Origin: Thermodesulfobacteriota bacterium
GTDB lineage: Bacteria; Desulfobacterota; Desulfobacteria; Desulfobacterales; C00003060
Direction: 5' to 3'
Assembly: GCA_034189385.1 (NCBI GenBank)
Contig: JAXHVD010000001.1
Span: 322,646 to 386,645 of the forward strand
Length of the DNA: 64,000 nucleotides
Made by a program: the position numbers and the translations under genes. The stretch's first letter is position 1, and every line of letters starts with the position of its first letter. Positions 1 through 9,191 of the stretch are shown in pieces. A model generated the notes under the pieces. That model was not told the origin of the DNA and ran no database searches. It worked only from the letters and a program-made list of their open reading frames with translations.

Positions 1-1796
1 TCAATGCACGAATTCTTCAACGGAGACACCCCGTGGCAGACATTACATAGTTCAGAGGCTGAGTATGTGGAAGAAAGCAGCGGCCCTTTTGGATCGGTGA
101 AATGCGTCGTATGGGAGGCACTCACGGGTTCGACACAGGATGGTGCGTACTGTCTCTTGTAGAACCCGTCGATACCTGAGCCGCAGTTGGCATATACGTT
201 GACGTTACATTCGGGATCAGGTGGCGCTGGGTCCAGATGGCAGACGGCGCAAAGGGAGCCCCAGTATGTCAGAGCCCCTTCTGTCTGAGCAGCGCCCTTG
301 CTGACGTCAGGATCGTGCCAGTCCATGGTATTGTCCATGTCACTGTCCGAGCCAAAAGCAATTTCGCAACCATTCGCATCAAAGTATATCAGATTGCCCA
401 TTTCCCTCCGAGTCATAGCCGGGTTGGACTGACCGTGGGGGTCATGGCAAAGTACGCAGGTGCCGTGAAACACTGGTGCATCAAGGGTTCCAGGAGCAGG
501 CCCGCCCACATGCATCAGGTGCAGGTTCTCCGGCCCTACGGCGACGCCGCAGGCATCTTTGAAATTCGTGTCCAAGTTCGCTGCCGAATCGTTAGTGGTA
601 ATGCACTGCTCATTGTGGCACTTGTAACAAAGGGCAAAGGCCCCGTCCGGGCCTGGGTCATAGGTGTTGTATGGCAGTTGCATGCCCATGTCGTCATCGG
701 AGTAGAACCGAAAGTTCGTAGGGTTCGAAGTGTCTTGGATGTAATCGAATATGGGAAGCCGGTGATCATCGATATGATCGCTGGAGGGGTCATGACACCA
801 CGTGCAGTTTAAAATAGTTCCGTGTCCGGTCGCATAGAACCCAGAGGTGGCATTGTCACGAATAACGTTTGGCGCATACTTCCAAAACTCCACAAACCGC
901 ATTGCATCGAACGAGACGTTCGCAGTCCAATTCAGTCCGCCACTGTTTTCATTGATAATGATTAGGATCTTCTTGATGGTGTTCACTGAGGGGTCAAATG
1001 ATCCGAAATCAGCAAAGGGCAAAGCAACAAATGACCAAGCCCCGTCTCTCAGGTCAGACTGGCGAATCTTCCCAGCAAACACGTTGGCAGATTGATCGAC
1101 GAGCTTAATCTTGATGTTTCTGATCCGCGTTTTTTTATCGACCTTGACATAGAGGACAAGCGCGTCTGTGCCACTGACGTCGAGGGGAGAGGGGAAGGCC
1201 CGCACCAATTTGCCAAACTCCTCTACGGCCCTGTCCCAGTTTAACTTCACTCTCATGTGCTTGGAGCCGTCAGGCCCCCCGTCATACTCAAAAAACGGTG
1301 GCTTGGCGTCTTTTTTGTTTATCCAATTCGTTCGGAGTTGTTCTTCAGGATCTGGAGGAGGGTTGTATTCAAAATCATCCACAAGGCGGGCAGATGGACC
1401 TCCTGTGTCCAGGTCATGACAGGTGGCGCACCACCGCTCTTTTCCTATCTTGAGTCGGCCATCGGTTTCATAAATGAGAGACTGTGTGGCGCCCGCGGAC
1501 GACATGACATTCTCCCAGTTGGCTATTGCCCCAACGGTGCTATCGTTGACACCATCGTAGACGCCACCTCGGCTGTGGCAGGGGTCGCAAGCGGCCTGCG
1601 AGGCATTTTGATAGGTCTCCGGGGTTGCCGTATGGCAGGCGCCGCAGTTGGTGCCAAGTTCCGGCCCCCTCAGCTCAGTCAGGTGGGTTTGATGGGGGGC
1701 GTCGTTTTGATCGGCGATGAGAAGAGTGTTACTCCCCGCGAAAAGTATCAGCCCCGAGGATAGCGAAAAAATCAAGAAAATCTTCAAGATACGCAT
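1..1796 (-). CDS. Large secreted multiheme c-type cytochrome with CBM11-like insert, 3' end outside the window; paralog of 3048..6941
   Basis: Hand translation from ATG 1796 (RBS AAGGAGGAGAGAG) stays open to the window edge: MRILKIFLIFSLSSGLILFAGS signal-like N-terminus, 8 CxxCH motifs (CGACH, CDPCH, CATCH, CTWCH, CYKCH, CVLCH, CAVCH, CNVCH), VDDFEY insert. Absent from the ORF track because no stop lies in the window. Confidence 0.9.
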   Translation of the reverse strand, partial: MRILKIFLIFSLSSGLILFAGSNTLLIADQNDAPHQTHLTELRGPELGTNCGACHTATPETYQNASQAACDPCHSRGGVYDGVNDSTVGAIANWENVMSSAGATQSLIYETDGRLKIGKERWCATCHDLDTGGPSARLVDDFEYNPPPDPEEQLRTNWINKKDAKPPFFEYDGGPDGSKHMRVKLNWDRAVEEFGKLVRAFPSPLDVSGTDALVLYVKVDKKTRIRNIKIKLVDQSANVFAGKIRQSDLRDGAWSFVALPFADFGSFDPSVNTIKKILIIINENSGGLNWTANVSFDAMRFVEFWKYAPNVIRDNATSGFYATGHGTILNCTWCHDPSSDHIDDHRLPIFDYIQDTSNPTNFRFYSDDDMGMQLPYNTYDPGPDGAFALCYKCHNEQCITTNDSAANLDTNFKDACGVAVGPENLHLMHVGGPAPGTLDAPVFHGTCVLCHDPHGQSNPAMTRREMGNLIYFDANGCEIAFGSDSDMDNTMDWHDPDVSKGAAQTEGALTYWGSLCAVCHLDPAPPDPECNVNVYANCGSGIDGFYKRQYAPSCVEPVSASHTTHFTDPKGPLLSSTYSASELCNVCHGVSPLKNSCI

Positions 1797-2317
1797 CGTC
1801 TCTCTCCTCCTTAATCTCGTTTGCGCAAAGGCAAATACACACAAAAGGACTGTCTGTCCTGACGCTTTCTAAAAAATCAGTCCGACCGCTTCCCAACGAC
1901 TAGTCTTTCAGTCCCAAATCTGGACCTGCCAACCGACACAACATATTAAAAATATCTCATTTTGTGCTTACATGCTACATCATTGGAAGGCAATTCGGGA
2001 TATCCCTAGTTTTGCCCAGAAAAAGAACGTATTTATTGGAAAATAATTACTTGGTAGATGAGCTAGTTTCCATCGAGAAATGGCCCTTTTCCGCAATCTC
2101 GGTATCAATCTGCAGCCCTACTGGCGCGACGCAGTTTGGTGCCTCCGCACAATTCCTTGATTTTTTTGGACCTTTTGACCTTGCGGAAAATTACTTATTT
2201 CTAAATTGGAAACTGACGCCAGCGCCCACCTCCTTTTTAGATATTCATTGTGGGTTACGCAGTGGGGGTTACAACATGAAGGAATGAAATTACAGGCCTA
2301 TTTTACGCCTATGCCAG

Positions 2318-2346
2318 AACTTAGCCAAGGGATGCGTCTTTGTCAA
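2318..2346 (-). promoter_or_regulatory. Putative sigma-70 promoter facing the first cytochrome
   Basis: Minus strand TTGACA-17 bp-TAAGTT. Confidence 0.5.
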
Positions 2347-2370
2347 CCCCATTACCCACCTTTTTTGAAT

Positions 2371-2386
2371 AGCAAGTGTCGTTCCA
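2371..2386 (-). promoter_or_regulatory. Putative sigma-54 (-24/-12) promoter
   Basis: Minus strand TGGAACGACACTTGCT (GG-N10-GC), oriented toward the cytochrome starting at 1796. Confidence 0.6.
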
Positions 2387-2799
2387 GAGAGGTAGAAGCG
2401 GTGCTTGGTAATCAAATCGGAGCATTAGGCAACATTGTCGACGGGAGCGAAGGATGCCTCGTATGTAAAAAAACAGCAATGAGTGAAAAAATACCATTTT
2501 TTGGCTTTTGGGGGGTGAAAGCATGTTCGTGTTGGGGAACACAAAACCGTTTTTGTAGGATTTCAATCTCAGCGGAAAAACGCTGAACGCGCCCCAGTAA
2601 AGGCCTTTGGCGAACGGGGCAGGCAGAGGGAATATATCTGTCTCTTTGGATTATCAAACAAATAAACTCCTCAGCCGGAAAAAGAACCGCAGGGGCGCCC
2701 TCATAGTGATGATGGGGCAGAAGGGTTTTACTATTCTGGCACGCCCAGGAATAGCTGATCGCCCCCAATGGCTCCCCGTTCCACATAGATCGTGCCGCT

Positions 2800-2997
2800 T
2801 CAGGTCTCGATAGTACCTGCAAGCTCGCACTTTCCATCCATTGTGAGCTGTCCACCAGTCACGTTTGAGGTCTCACCCATGAAGGTTGTGTACGTTCCCC
2901 CTGACGCAATAAGTCCACCGGCATCAATGGTCAGGGTGCACCGATCGCAGCATTGGGCCCCTGAAGCATCCCCGGCCCAGACCTCAGTGTCCCACAC
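2800..2997 (-). pseudogene. Possible gene remnant (Gly/Thr-rich beta-strand fragment of a secreted protein)
   Basis: TLTIDAGGLIASGGTYTTFMGETSNVTGGQLTMDG reads protein-like, AGGAG lies upstream, but it is short and has no signal peptide. Confidence 0.25.
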
Positions 2998-3047
2998 CCC
3001 AGGTCTCCTCGCTTCTGCCCTTCACCGTATTCAACTCAACTCCTCGC

Positions 3048-6000
3048 TTACGGGTAGGGGTCCCACTTAATGGCATCGGTAATGACATAGCCATTTGCAT
3101 CATCGCTCACTTCTACAGAGCCCGATGATGGTGATGCAGTAAAGGTGAAAGGGCCTCCTATATAATTCCAGTCTCCGGTCTGGATTTTCTGGTTGACGTC
3201 GATAGTTGTAGGCCCTCCACTATAATAAATAGTATAGGGCGCATCGCTGGCCCTGTTTGAACCTCCCGTCCACCAGCCATAAAGCTCGTAGTCTCCTGCT
3301 TCAGGTATCGAGAATGTCCAGGTGGCCTTGGCTGTGGCACCTCCACCACTTCCAGCATGGTAGTGCTCAGAATTCTTGTACGAATTAGCGCTTCCGCTGG
3401 TCAGCCACCCTGTGCCCTGGGTGGAAAATTCAGGGTCCAGATCATCCACATAGATCGCGCCAGGGGTGACGACAGTCAAGACAGCTGTGCCTTGCCCAGA
3501 ATTAGAGGCGTCATCTGTTGCCGTGATGACAAGGCTTTTGGGGATGTCAGGCGTGCTAGCGGGGACAGTGGCCTCGTAGCTGTATATACCATCACCAATA
3601 CTCTGGTCTCCATTGTTGCCATTGTCATTCATCGCTTGATTTGAACTGCCCCCTATGACACTCAGGTCAACTTCGATTTTGCTGGGAAGGGTATCGTCAA
3701 AATCGCCATCAGGATCGTACACAGAGGCCGTGATCAGTGTGGAGCCGCTTCCGTCGTTAGGCACCGTGTCCGGCGCTGCCTCTGCATTCAAGACCTTGGG
3801 ACTAAGGTTGGGTGTTCTTACATAAGTAATACCATTATGGCAGGCCTTGCAGACGCCGTTTGAGGCGATGGTCGATGACCCATAATTCATAAAGCCCCCC
3901 ACGCTTTGCGCCAGTGTCGCGTTCGGGTCTGAAGGGGGAACCTGCTTGGCATGGTAATGCTCATGATTAAGGTATGAATTAACGGACGTACTTGTAAGCC
4001 AGCCACTGCCTTGGGTGGAAAACCCGGCAGCCAAATCATCAACAATGATATCTGGCGTGGTATCTCCATTGGTATCCCATCCAATGGCATCGGCAATGAC
4101 ATAGCCATTGGCATCATCGCCTAAAACCACGGTGCCTGATGTTGCCCCAGCAAAGGTGAACGTGCCTATATAATTCCAGGCTCCGGTCTGGATTGTCTGA
4201 TCGACGTCGATGGTCTGAGAAAAGCTGCCGTAGCTTATCGTATAGGGCGCATCACTGGCCCTGTTTGAACCTCCTGTCCACCAGCCATAAAGGTCGAACG
4301 TACCCCCTGAAGGTACGGAAAAGGCCCATGTGGCCGTGGCTGTGGGCCCTGTGGATGGTATTAGATAGACAAAATTCAAGGCCGGCACTTTGTCCGTAGT
4401 GCCAGGGGTACTGATCATCTCTCCGTGCCTGATCATGGCCTGGCTAGGTGAACCATGGACATTGTGGCAGGCGATACAGCTTTCCCGTGAGTCGGCCGTG
4501 CCGTCCCAGTCAGAGTCAAAGTGATTGGAGTTGATTTTTAGATGGATATTATGGGAATTAGTTGGGCTTGTATCAGCGTTCCAGAAGTTAGTGCCGCTTA
4601 CACCGGACGAAAACAGATCCGTGGCGCTATGGCAATCCAGGCAAAGGGCAAAACTCTGGGAATTAAGCGAGGCCGTCAGTCTCGGCAGATTCATGGCCGG
4701 CTGACCATCAACGTCCTTTAAGCGGTAGCTATCACTATAGGGGTTCACTGCAACTGGCGGGCTGCCTTCTGTGACCTCATAGGTCCGCGGCTCACCATCA
4801 ATGTGGTTCTTCTCCGCATCATGGCAATTGGTGCAAACGATCTTGTGGCCCGTAATGTTATAGCCGTACGTGTCCCCATTGTTCTCATCACCGGCAATAC
4901 AGGGCGCATAGACACTGTCAATGATGGCAGATTCATTGGTACCCGTGGTGGCAGGATCGTCATCATGGCAGCCCAGACACCAGTTCTCCTTACCAACCTT
5001 TAAAGTCTTGCCGTCCGATTCGTAGACGCCATCCGCCCAGTTAGTCCAGGCACCGATAACGGAATCGTCTAAACCATCAAAGGCACCACCGGCACTGTGA
5101 CAATCATCGCAGGCACCAGAAGCGACGATGTCGTCTATATAGTAATTGTCACCAGCATGACATGTCTCACAGCCTGCCTCATCAAGGGATATCCCCGGGC
5201 CCTTGCCATCGCTGTCGAAGTGCGTCAGGTGACTCTGATTGCCGTGGCAGTCCGCTTCCATACAAGTCGCGCCAGGGTCTCCGCCATGAGCCACATATTC
5301 ATAATCCCTCGCGTACCAACCGTCCATCCCAAGGCCCCCTGTAAAGGGTACGCAAGGATCACTGGGTGGTGCTGCCGCGGTATGGCACACAGCATTACAC
5401 ATGGGATAACTGCCTGACCCTTGGTCTTCTTTCTGTGTCCCCCCCATGTTGATGTCAGCATCATACCAATCCATTGTCCCGTCGTCATCACTGTCCGAGC
5501 CAAAGGCTATTTCGCAGCCATCCGCATCGAAGTAAACGAGATCGCCTACGTCTTTACGAAGGTTGGCAGGGTTGGCCTCTCCATGCACATTGTGGCAAAG
5601 GACGCAGGTGCCGTGATAAACCACCGGAGACATGCAGCCGTAGGGACTTCCTGCGATATGCAGTAAGTGTAAATTATCGTGTGATCCGATAGGAATGAAG
5701 TTAGAGTCGGTAAAATTGGTAGTCAGGTTTGGATAATCAGCCTGCTGCGTAATGACCGCTTCCTGATGGCATTTGTAACAAAGGGCAAAGGCCCCATCCG
5801 GACCTGGATCATATGTGTCGTACGGTAACTGCATGCCATAATCATCGTAGAATCTGAAGCCTGTTGGGTTCGTGGTAGTGGTAAAATAGTCATACAGATT
5901 TGACAACTGTTCCCCATCAATGTGTGCTTTGGCGGAATCATGGCAGGAGGTACAACCGAAGCTATGTCCTGTCACGTACACGCCGTAACTCACATCATCT

Positions 6001-6941
6001 CCCACCACATTCGGTGGCTCAGGGTCAGACGATGCAGGCGCATCACTTTTGAGGAATTTGATATCATCAACCCAAAAAGATACGTGATAGTTGGTGCCAC
6101 CGTTTTCTATGGGACGTAACTGAATGGTCTTGATAGCGCTCCAGTCGCCATTGTTCGTGAAATCTTCTCTCGGGACTAAAACATATTTCCACTGCCAAGC
6201 CTCAATCCCATAGTCGGCGAAATTCACGGGAGCCATACTCCAAACCCCGCCGTTATTAAGCCTAACCTTGACCTTCTTGAACTTCGAAGTACTCTCCACC
6301 CTGAGATAGAAACCTAAGCTGTCCGCAGCGTTGACATCCGTTGCACTATCGACCTTTTTCACGGTGCCGTAAGTCTTGCTGCTGTTTTCCCACCAAACAT
6401 CTACATGCATGGACTCTGCACCCTGGGGCGCCTCGATGGTGGCCAGCTCGACGGTTTTACTGTCATCAAGCTTTTTCCACACTGCTTGGAGTGCACTGTC
6501 GCTGGAATATCCCTCAAAGTCATCCACTGCAAGGATGATTTCTGGGGCCGCTGCACCGCCTTCATCATGACAAGCGGCACACCACTTCCTTTTCCCCAAT
6601 TTCAGTTTGCCATCTGTCTTATAGATCAGGGACTGAGTAGCTTCACTGGGGGAACTCCGGTTCTCCCAGTTGTTCAGCGCGCCAACTGCGGGATCATTGA
6701 CCCCGTTATAGGGTCCGCCGGGGCTGTGGCAGGTGTCGCAGGAACTCGTATAGACGTTATTGTAAGCAGGCGAGCCATCGTGACAATGCCCGCAGCCCAT
6801 GCTGCCCGGCCCCCTGTCGGCCGTGAGATGCGTCTGGTGCGGAGGATCACTCTCACCAGCCACCAGGATCGAAGCACTTCCCATAAAACCTAGCAGACCC
6901 AGAGTTAGTAGAAAAACCGAAAAGATTCCGAGGCTACGCAT
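3048..6941 (-). CDS. 1297-aa extracellular multiheme cytochrome c with CBM11-like, two golvesin-like and a choice-of-anchor-X-like domain
   Basis: Signal peptide; 13 CxxCH plus CNAVCH and CMEADCH; repeat ATWxFSxPxxGxxxLYGWWTGGSNRASDAPYTI twice; MNDNGNNGDQSIGDGIYSY motif; DxDxDG Ca-loop-like motifs; RBS AAAGGAGG. Confidence 0.92.
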   Translation of the reverse strand: MRSLGIFSVFLLTLGLLGFMGSASILVAGESDPPHQTHLTADRGPGSMGCGHCHDGSPAYNNVYTSSCDTCHSPGGPYNGVNDPAVGALNNWENRSSPSEATQSLIYKTDGKLKLGKRKWCAACHDEGGAAAPEIILAVDDFEGYSSDSALQAVWKKLDDSKTVELATIEAPQGAESMHVDVWWENSSKTYGTVKKVDSATDVNAADSLGFYLRVESTSKFKKVKVRLNNGGVWSMAPVNFADYGIEAWQWKYVLVPREDFTNNGDWSAIKTIQLRPIENGGTNYHVSFWVDDIKFLKSDAPASSDPEPPNVVGDDVSYGVYVTGHSFGCTSCHDSAKAHIDGEQLSNLYDYFTTTTNPTGFRFYDDYGMQLPYDTYDPGPDGAFALCYKCHQEAVITQQADYPNLTTNFTDSNFIPIGSHDNLHLLHIAGSPYGCMSPVVYHGTCVLCHNVHGEANPANLRKDVGDLVYFDADGCEIAFGSDSDDDGTMDWYDADINMGGTQKEDQGSGSYPMCNAVCHTAAAPPSDPCVPFTGGLGMDGWYARDYEYVAHGGDPGATCMEADCHGNQSHLTHFDSDGKGPGISLDEAGCETCHAGDNYYIDDIVASGACDDCHSAGGAFDGLDDSVIGAWTNWADGVYESDGKTLKVGKENWCLGCHDDDPATTGTNESAIIDSVYAPCIAGDENNGDTYGYNITGHKIVCTNCHDAEKNHIDGEPRTYEVTEGSPPVAVNPYSDSYRLKDVDGQPAMNLPRLTASLNSQSFALCLDCHSATDLFSSGVSGTNFWNADTSPTNSHNIHLKINSNHFDSDWDGTADSRESCIACHNVHGSPSQAMIRHGEMISTPGTTDKVPALNFVYLIPSTGPTATATWAFSVPSGGTFDLYGWWTGGSNRASDAPYTISYGSFSQTIDVDQTIQTGAWNYIGTFTFAGATSGTVVLGDDANGYVIADAIGWDTNGDTTPDIIVDDLAAGFSTQGSGWLTSTSVNSYLNHEHYHAKQVPPSDPNATLAQSVGGFMNYGSSTIASNGVCKACHNGITYVRTPNLSPKVLNAEAAPDTVPNDGSGSTLITASVYDPDGDFDDTLPSKIEVDLSVIGGSSNQAMNDNGNNGDQSIGDGIYSYEATVPASTPDIPKSLVITATDDASNSGQGTAVLTVVTPGAIYVDDLDPEFSTQGTGWLTSGSANSYKNSEHYHAGSGGGATAKATWTFSIPEAGDYELYGWWTGGSNRASDAPYTIYYSGGPTTIDVNQKIQTGDWNYIGGPFTFTASPSSGSVEVSDDANGYVITDAIKWDPYP

Positions 6942-7271
6942 AATTTCCTCCTTTAGGTTGTGGGGGGGAGTAAAACTATATTAACTTTGGGTTATCTAAT
7001 AGCTTCGGGTTATGTGGTGGGGTCACAACTCAAGGGATGTTACTGCAGTCTGACACAGACAGAAATTGGTGTTTTGGCTGTGTCAACAAGAAATCGCCCT
7101 TTTTCTGCTCCCAAATTTGAAGCCAGATCTCTATTCCCAAAATCATGTTTCATCGCAACAGGTTAATCATACGAAAAGGAATTGGCAGCAGTTTATTTTT
7201 TTTCGGCCAAACGGCCTATTTCGCAAACGACCCTGTGCTGACCAAGGATCCACATAACCATCGAAGGTTCT

Positions 7272-7287
7272 AGCAAGAAGTATACCA
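7272..7287 (-). promoter_or_regulatory. Putative sigma-54 promoter of the 1297-aa cytochrome
   Basis: Minus strand TGGTATACTTCTTGCT (GG-N10-GC). Confidence 0.65.
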
Positions 7288-7716
7288 AGAGGACACATTG
7301 AAGGGCATGGCGGGCTTTCTTGCTATTGGCTGAAAACTTCTGGATACTTAGCTGCTTGCGGGCAAAATCCGCTTCCGGTGGGATGGGCCGAATGTGGGTA
7401 GAAAGTGTGCCATAAAGGGAAAAGAAAAGCCACTTTTTGATATTCTTCGTGCCTATTTGAAGGGGTCTTTTGATCTGCGCGATTTCAGCTCAGCATTGCT
7501 TGCCGAGGAAGTGGATGGGTTTGGCATCTGTATCGCACTTCTCCCCAAATTGCTCAATGTCGTTGGCAAAACAGAGTCTTTGAAGGTGTTAAGCGGAGAT
7601 TGGAGGACAAAATGTCTCAGTGTTCTTTGCGCCTTGAGTGAGAGGAGTGAAGGGGCGGTGAATAAAGACGCGCTCTTGGGCCTTATGAAGTGGAGGGTCA
7701 GTTGGAAAGAATCTTC

Positions 7717-7774
7717 TTGACAGCATTATAGCAGGGGCATATGGTTAAGGTTAGTCATATGGACTTAGTCATAT
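7717..7774 (+). promoter_or_regulatory. Sigma-70 promoter and probable autorepression operator of the TA module
   Basis: TTGACA-17-TATGGT followed by TTAGTCATAT twice (imperfect palindrome ATATGGACTTAGTCATAT). Confidence 0.6.
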
Positions 7775-7789
7775 TTTGAGGGGGTCAAT

Positions 7790-8011
7790 ATGATTGTAAA
7801 CATTCATCAGGCAAAGACACATCTTTCAAGGCTGATTTCAAAGTTCTTAGATGGCGAAAAAATAGTTATTGCCAAGAATGGCAAGCCACTTCTTCAGTTT
7901 GCGCCGGTTGAAAAAATAGAAGATCAGGCAAGACCTATTGGATTCTTCAATTGCGACATAGACATGTCCGCCTTTGACGACCCGATTGACGAAATGAAGG
8001 ATTATGAATGA
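7790..8011 (+). CDS. Phd/YefM family antitoxin
   Basis: VNIHQAKTHLSRLI...GEKIVIAKNGKP signature; overlaps the toxin start (ATGA). Confidence 0.9.
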   Translation: MIVNIHQAKTHLSRLISKFLDGEKIVIAKNGKPLLQFAPVEKIEDQARPIGFFNCDIDMSAFDDPIDEMKDYE

Positions 8012-8406
8012 ACTGCATCCTTGATACGCATGTGTTGATTTTTTTGGGGTGCGGTTATGAGAACAGTATTGGACAAAAAGCTCTTGAGATATATAAGGAC
8101 ACGGAATCAAAGGTTTTTGTCAGTCAGATTTCCTTCTGGGAAATGGCTATAAAGATCAATATTGGTAAGCTGACGATTCCAATAGGGCTGAAAAATGTCA
8201 TCGTCCACACACGGCAAGCAGGAATCGAAACCCTTCCAGTCCGCAATTCCCACATCCTCCATTATCAGTCGCTTGAGGTACATCAAAACCACAAAGATCC
8301 ATTTGATAGATACATTGTGGCTGCCGCGTTCTGTGAAGATATGAAAATCCTTTCCAGCGACAAGCGATTTGACCTTTATTCAAAGGTCGTTCGGGTCTGG
8401 GACTAG
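8008..8406 (+). CDS. vapC: PIN-domain (VapC-type) toxin
   Basis: ILDTHVLI, SQISFWEMAIK, HKDPFDR, SSD PIN motifs. Confidence 0.9.
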   Translation: MNCILDTHVLIFLGCGYENSIGQKALEIYKDTESKVFVSQISFWEMAIKINIGKLTIPIGLKNVIVHTRQAGIETLPVRNSHILHYQSLEVHQNHKDPFDRYIVAAAFCEDMKILSSDKRFDLYSKVVRVWD

Positions 8407-8418
8407 ATTACCTCCCCC

Positions 8419-8814
8419 TCATAAACCTGACCATTTCCACGAATGGATGATCCCCTTCTTGTTTACATAAAACATGCGTGTGGCTGCATAGCCTTCTTGC
8501 CTGGGTCTTGTTGGATAATGGGTGCCGCCCACGACACGCTTGTCCTTTTCTTCTCCCCAAGTCCCCTTGAGGGACTCGTAGGTCAAGACAGTTCCCCCCT
8601 CTTCATCGGGCACGACCCTGGTAGGTGGCCCCCAGGAAGCAATAAGTTCAGATTGATAGTGGCCGACCCATGAGTTCATCAAGGCGTCGATCTTCCTGGC
8701 CTTCTTGAAATCACTCACCCCCTGTGCACAGCCAGAAAGGCTGAGGGCAAACGAGGTGAGCAGACAGATGATAGGCCATCTGGGTTTACCAGGGGATCCC
8801 ATGGACAAGGCCAT
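8419..8814 (-). CDS. Small hypothetical lipoprotein
   Basis: Lipobox LSGC after a hydrophobic stretch; SWVG..SELIASWGPP motif; RBS GGAGG. Confidence 0.75.
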   Translation of the reverse strand: MALSMGSPGKPRWPIICLLTSFALSLSGCAQGVSDFKKARKIDALMNSWVGHYQSELIASWGPPTRVVPDEEGGTVLTYESLKGTWGEEKDKRVVGGTHYPTRPRQEGYAATRMFYVNKKGIIHSWKWSGL

Positions 8815-9191
8815 TCCAACAACCTCCTGTGGTCCTGTTTCTAGCCCTTGACTTCACCTATCCCATAAATCATCATGTGAATCAACCTTGGGTTTCTGCC
8901 GCAGAAGGTGGCTCAATGGTCTCCCCACTTTTGGCAAAACAGGTATTGGGGGATAGGTGGCAGAAAAAACACGAAAAAGATTGACATTATCTGATTTTTT
9001 TTCGTATACATTAATATTAAGTTGATATGCAATAGTCACTACCTTAACTGCACACATCGAAATATAATATAAAATTTAATATATATGTAATATAATTTAT
9101 ATAATTTATAATTAAAAACATTTATATTAGCAACAATTATTTGCTCCTTAACTACTGTTTCCTGAACACCTTGCCCACCAAGGCCTTGCTG

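Noticed and set aside
237..1763. Plus-strand ORFs of 82-191 aa (and similar antisense ORFs throughout the window)
   Set aside because: They are shadows of real genes on the opposite strand, here the multiheme cytochrome.
1797..2370. Cyclic dinucleotide (GEMM) riboswitch before the cytochrome genes
   Set aside because: No GEMM P1/P2 consensus recognised here or at 6942-7270.
3050..4340. Direct DNA repeats within the large cytochrome gene as a mobile or CRISPR-like repeat
   Set aside because: They are in-frame duplications of the golvesin-like domain.
7394..7720. 108-aa ORF upstream of the TA pair
   Set aside because: No recognisable motifs or RBS; it runs into the TA promoter.
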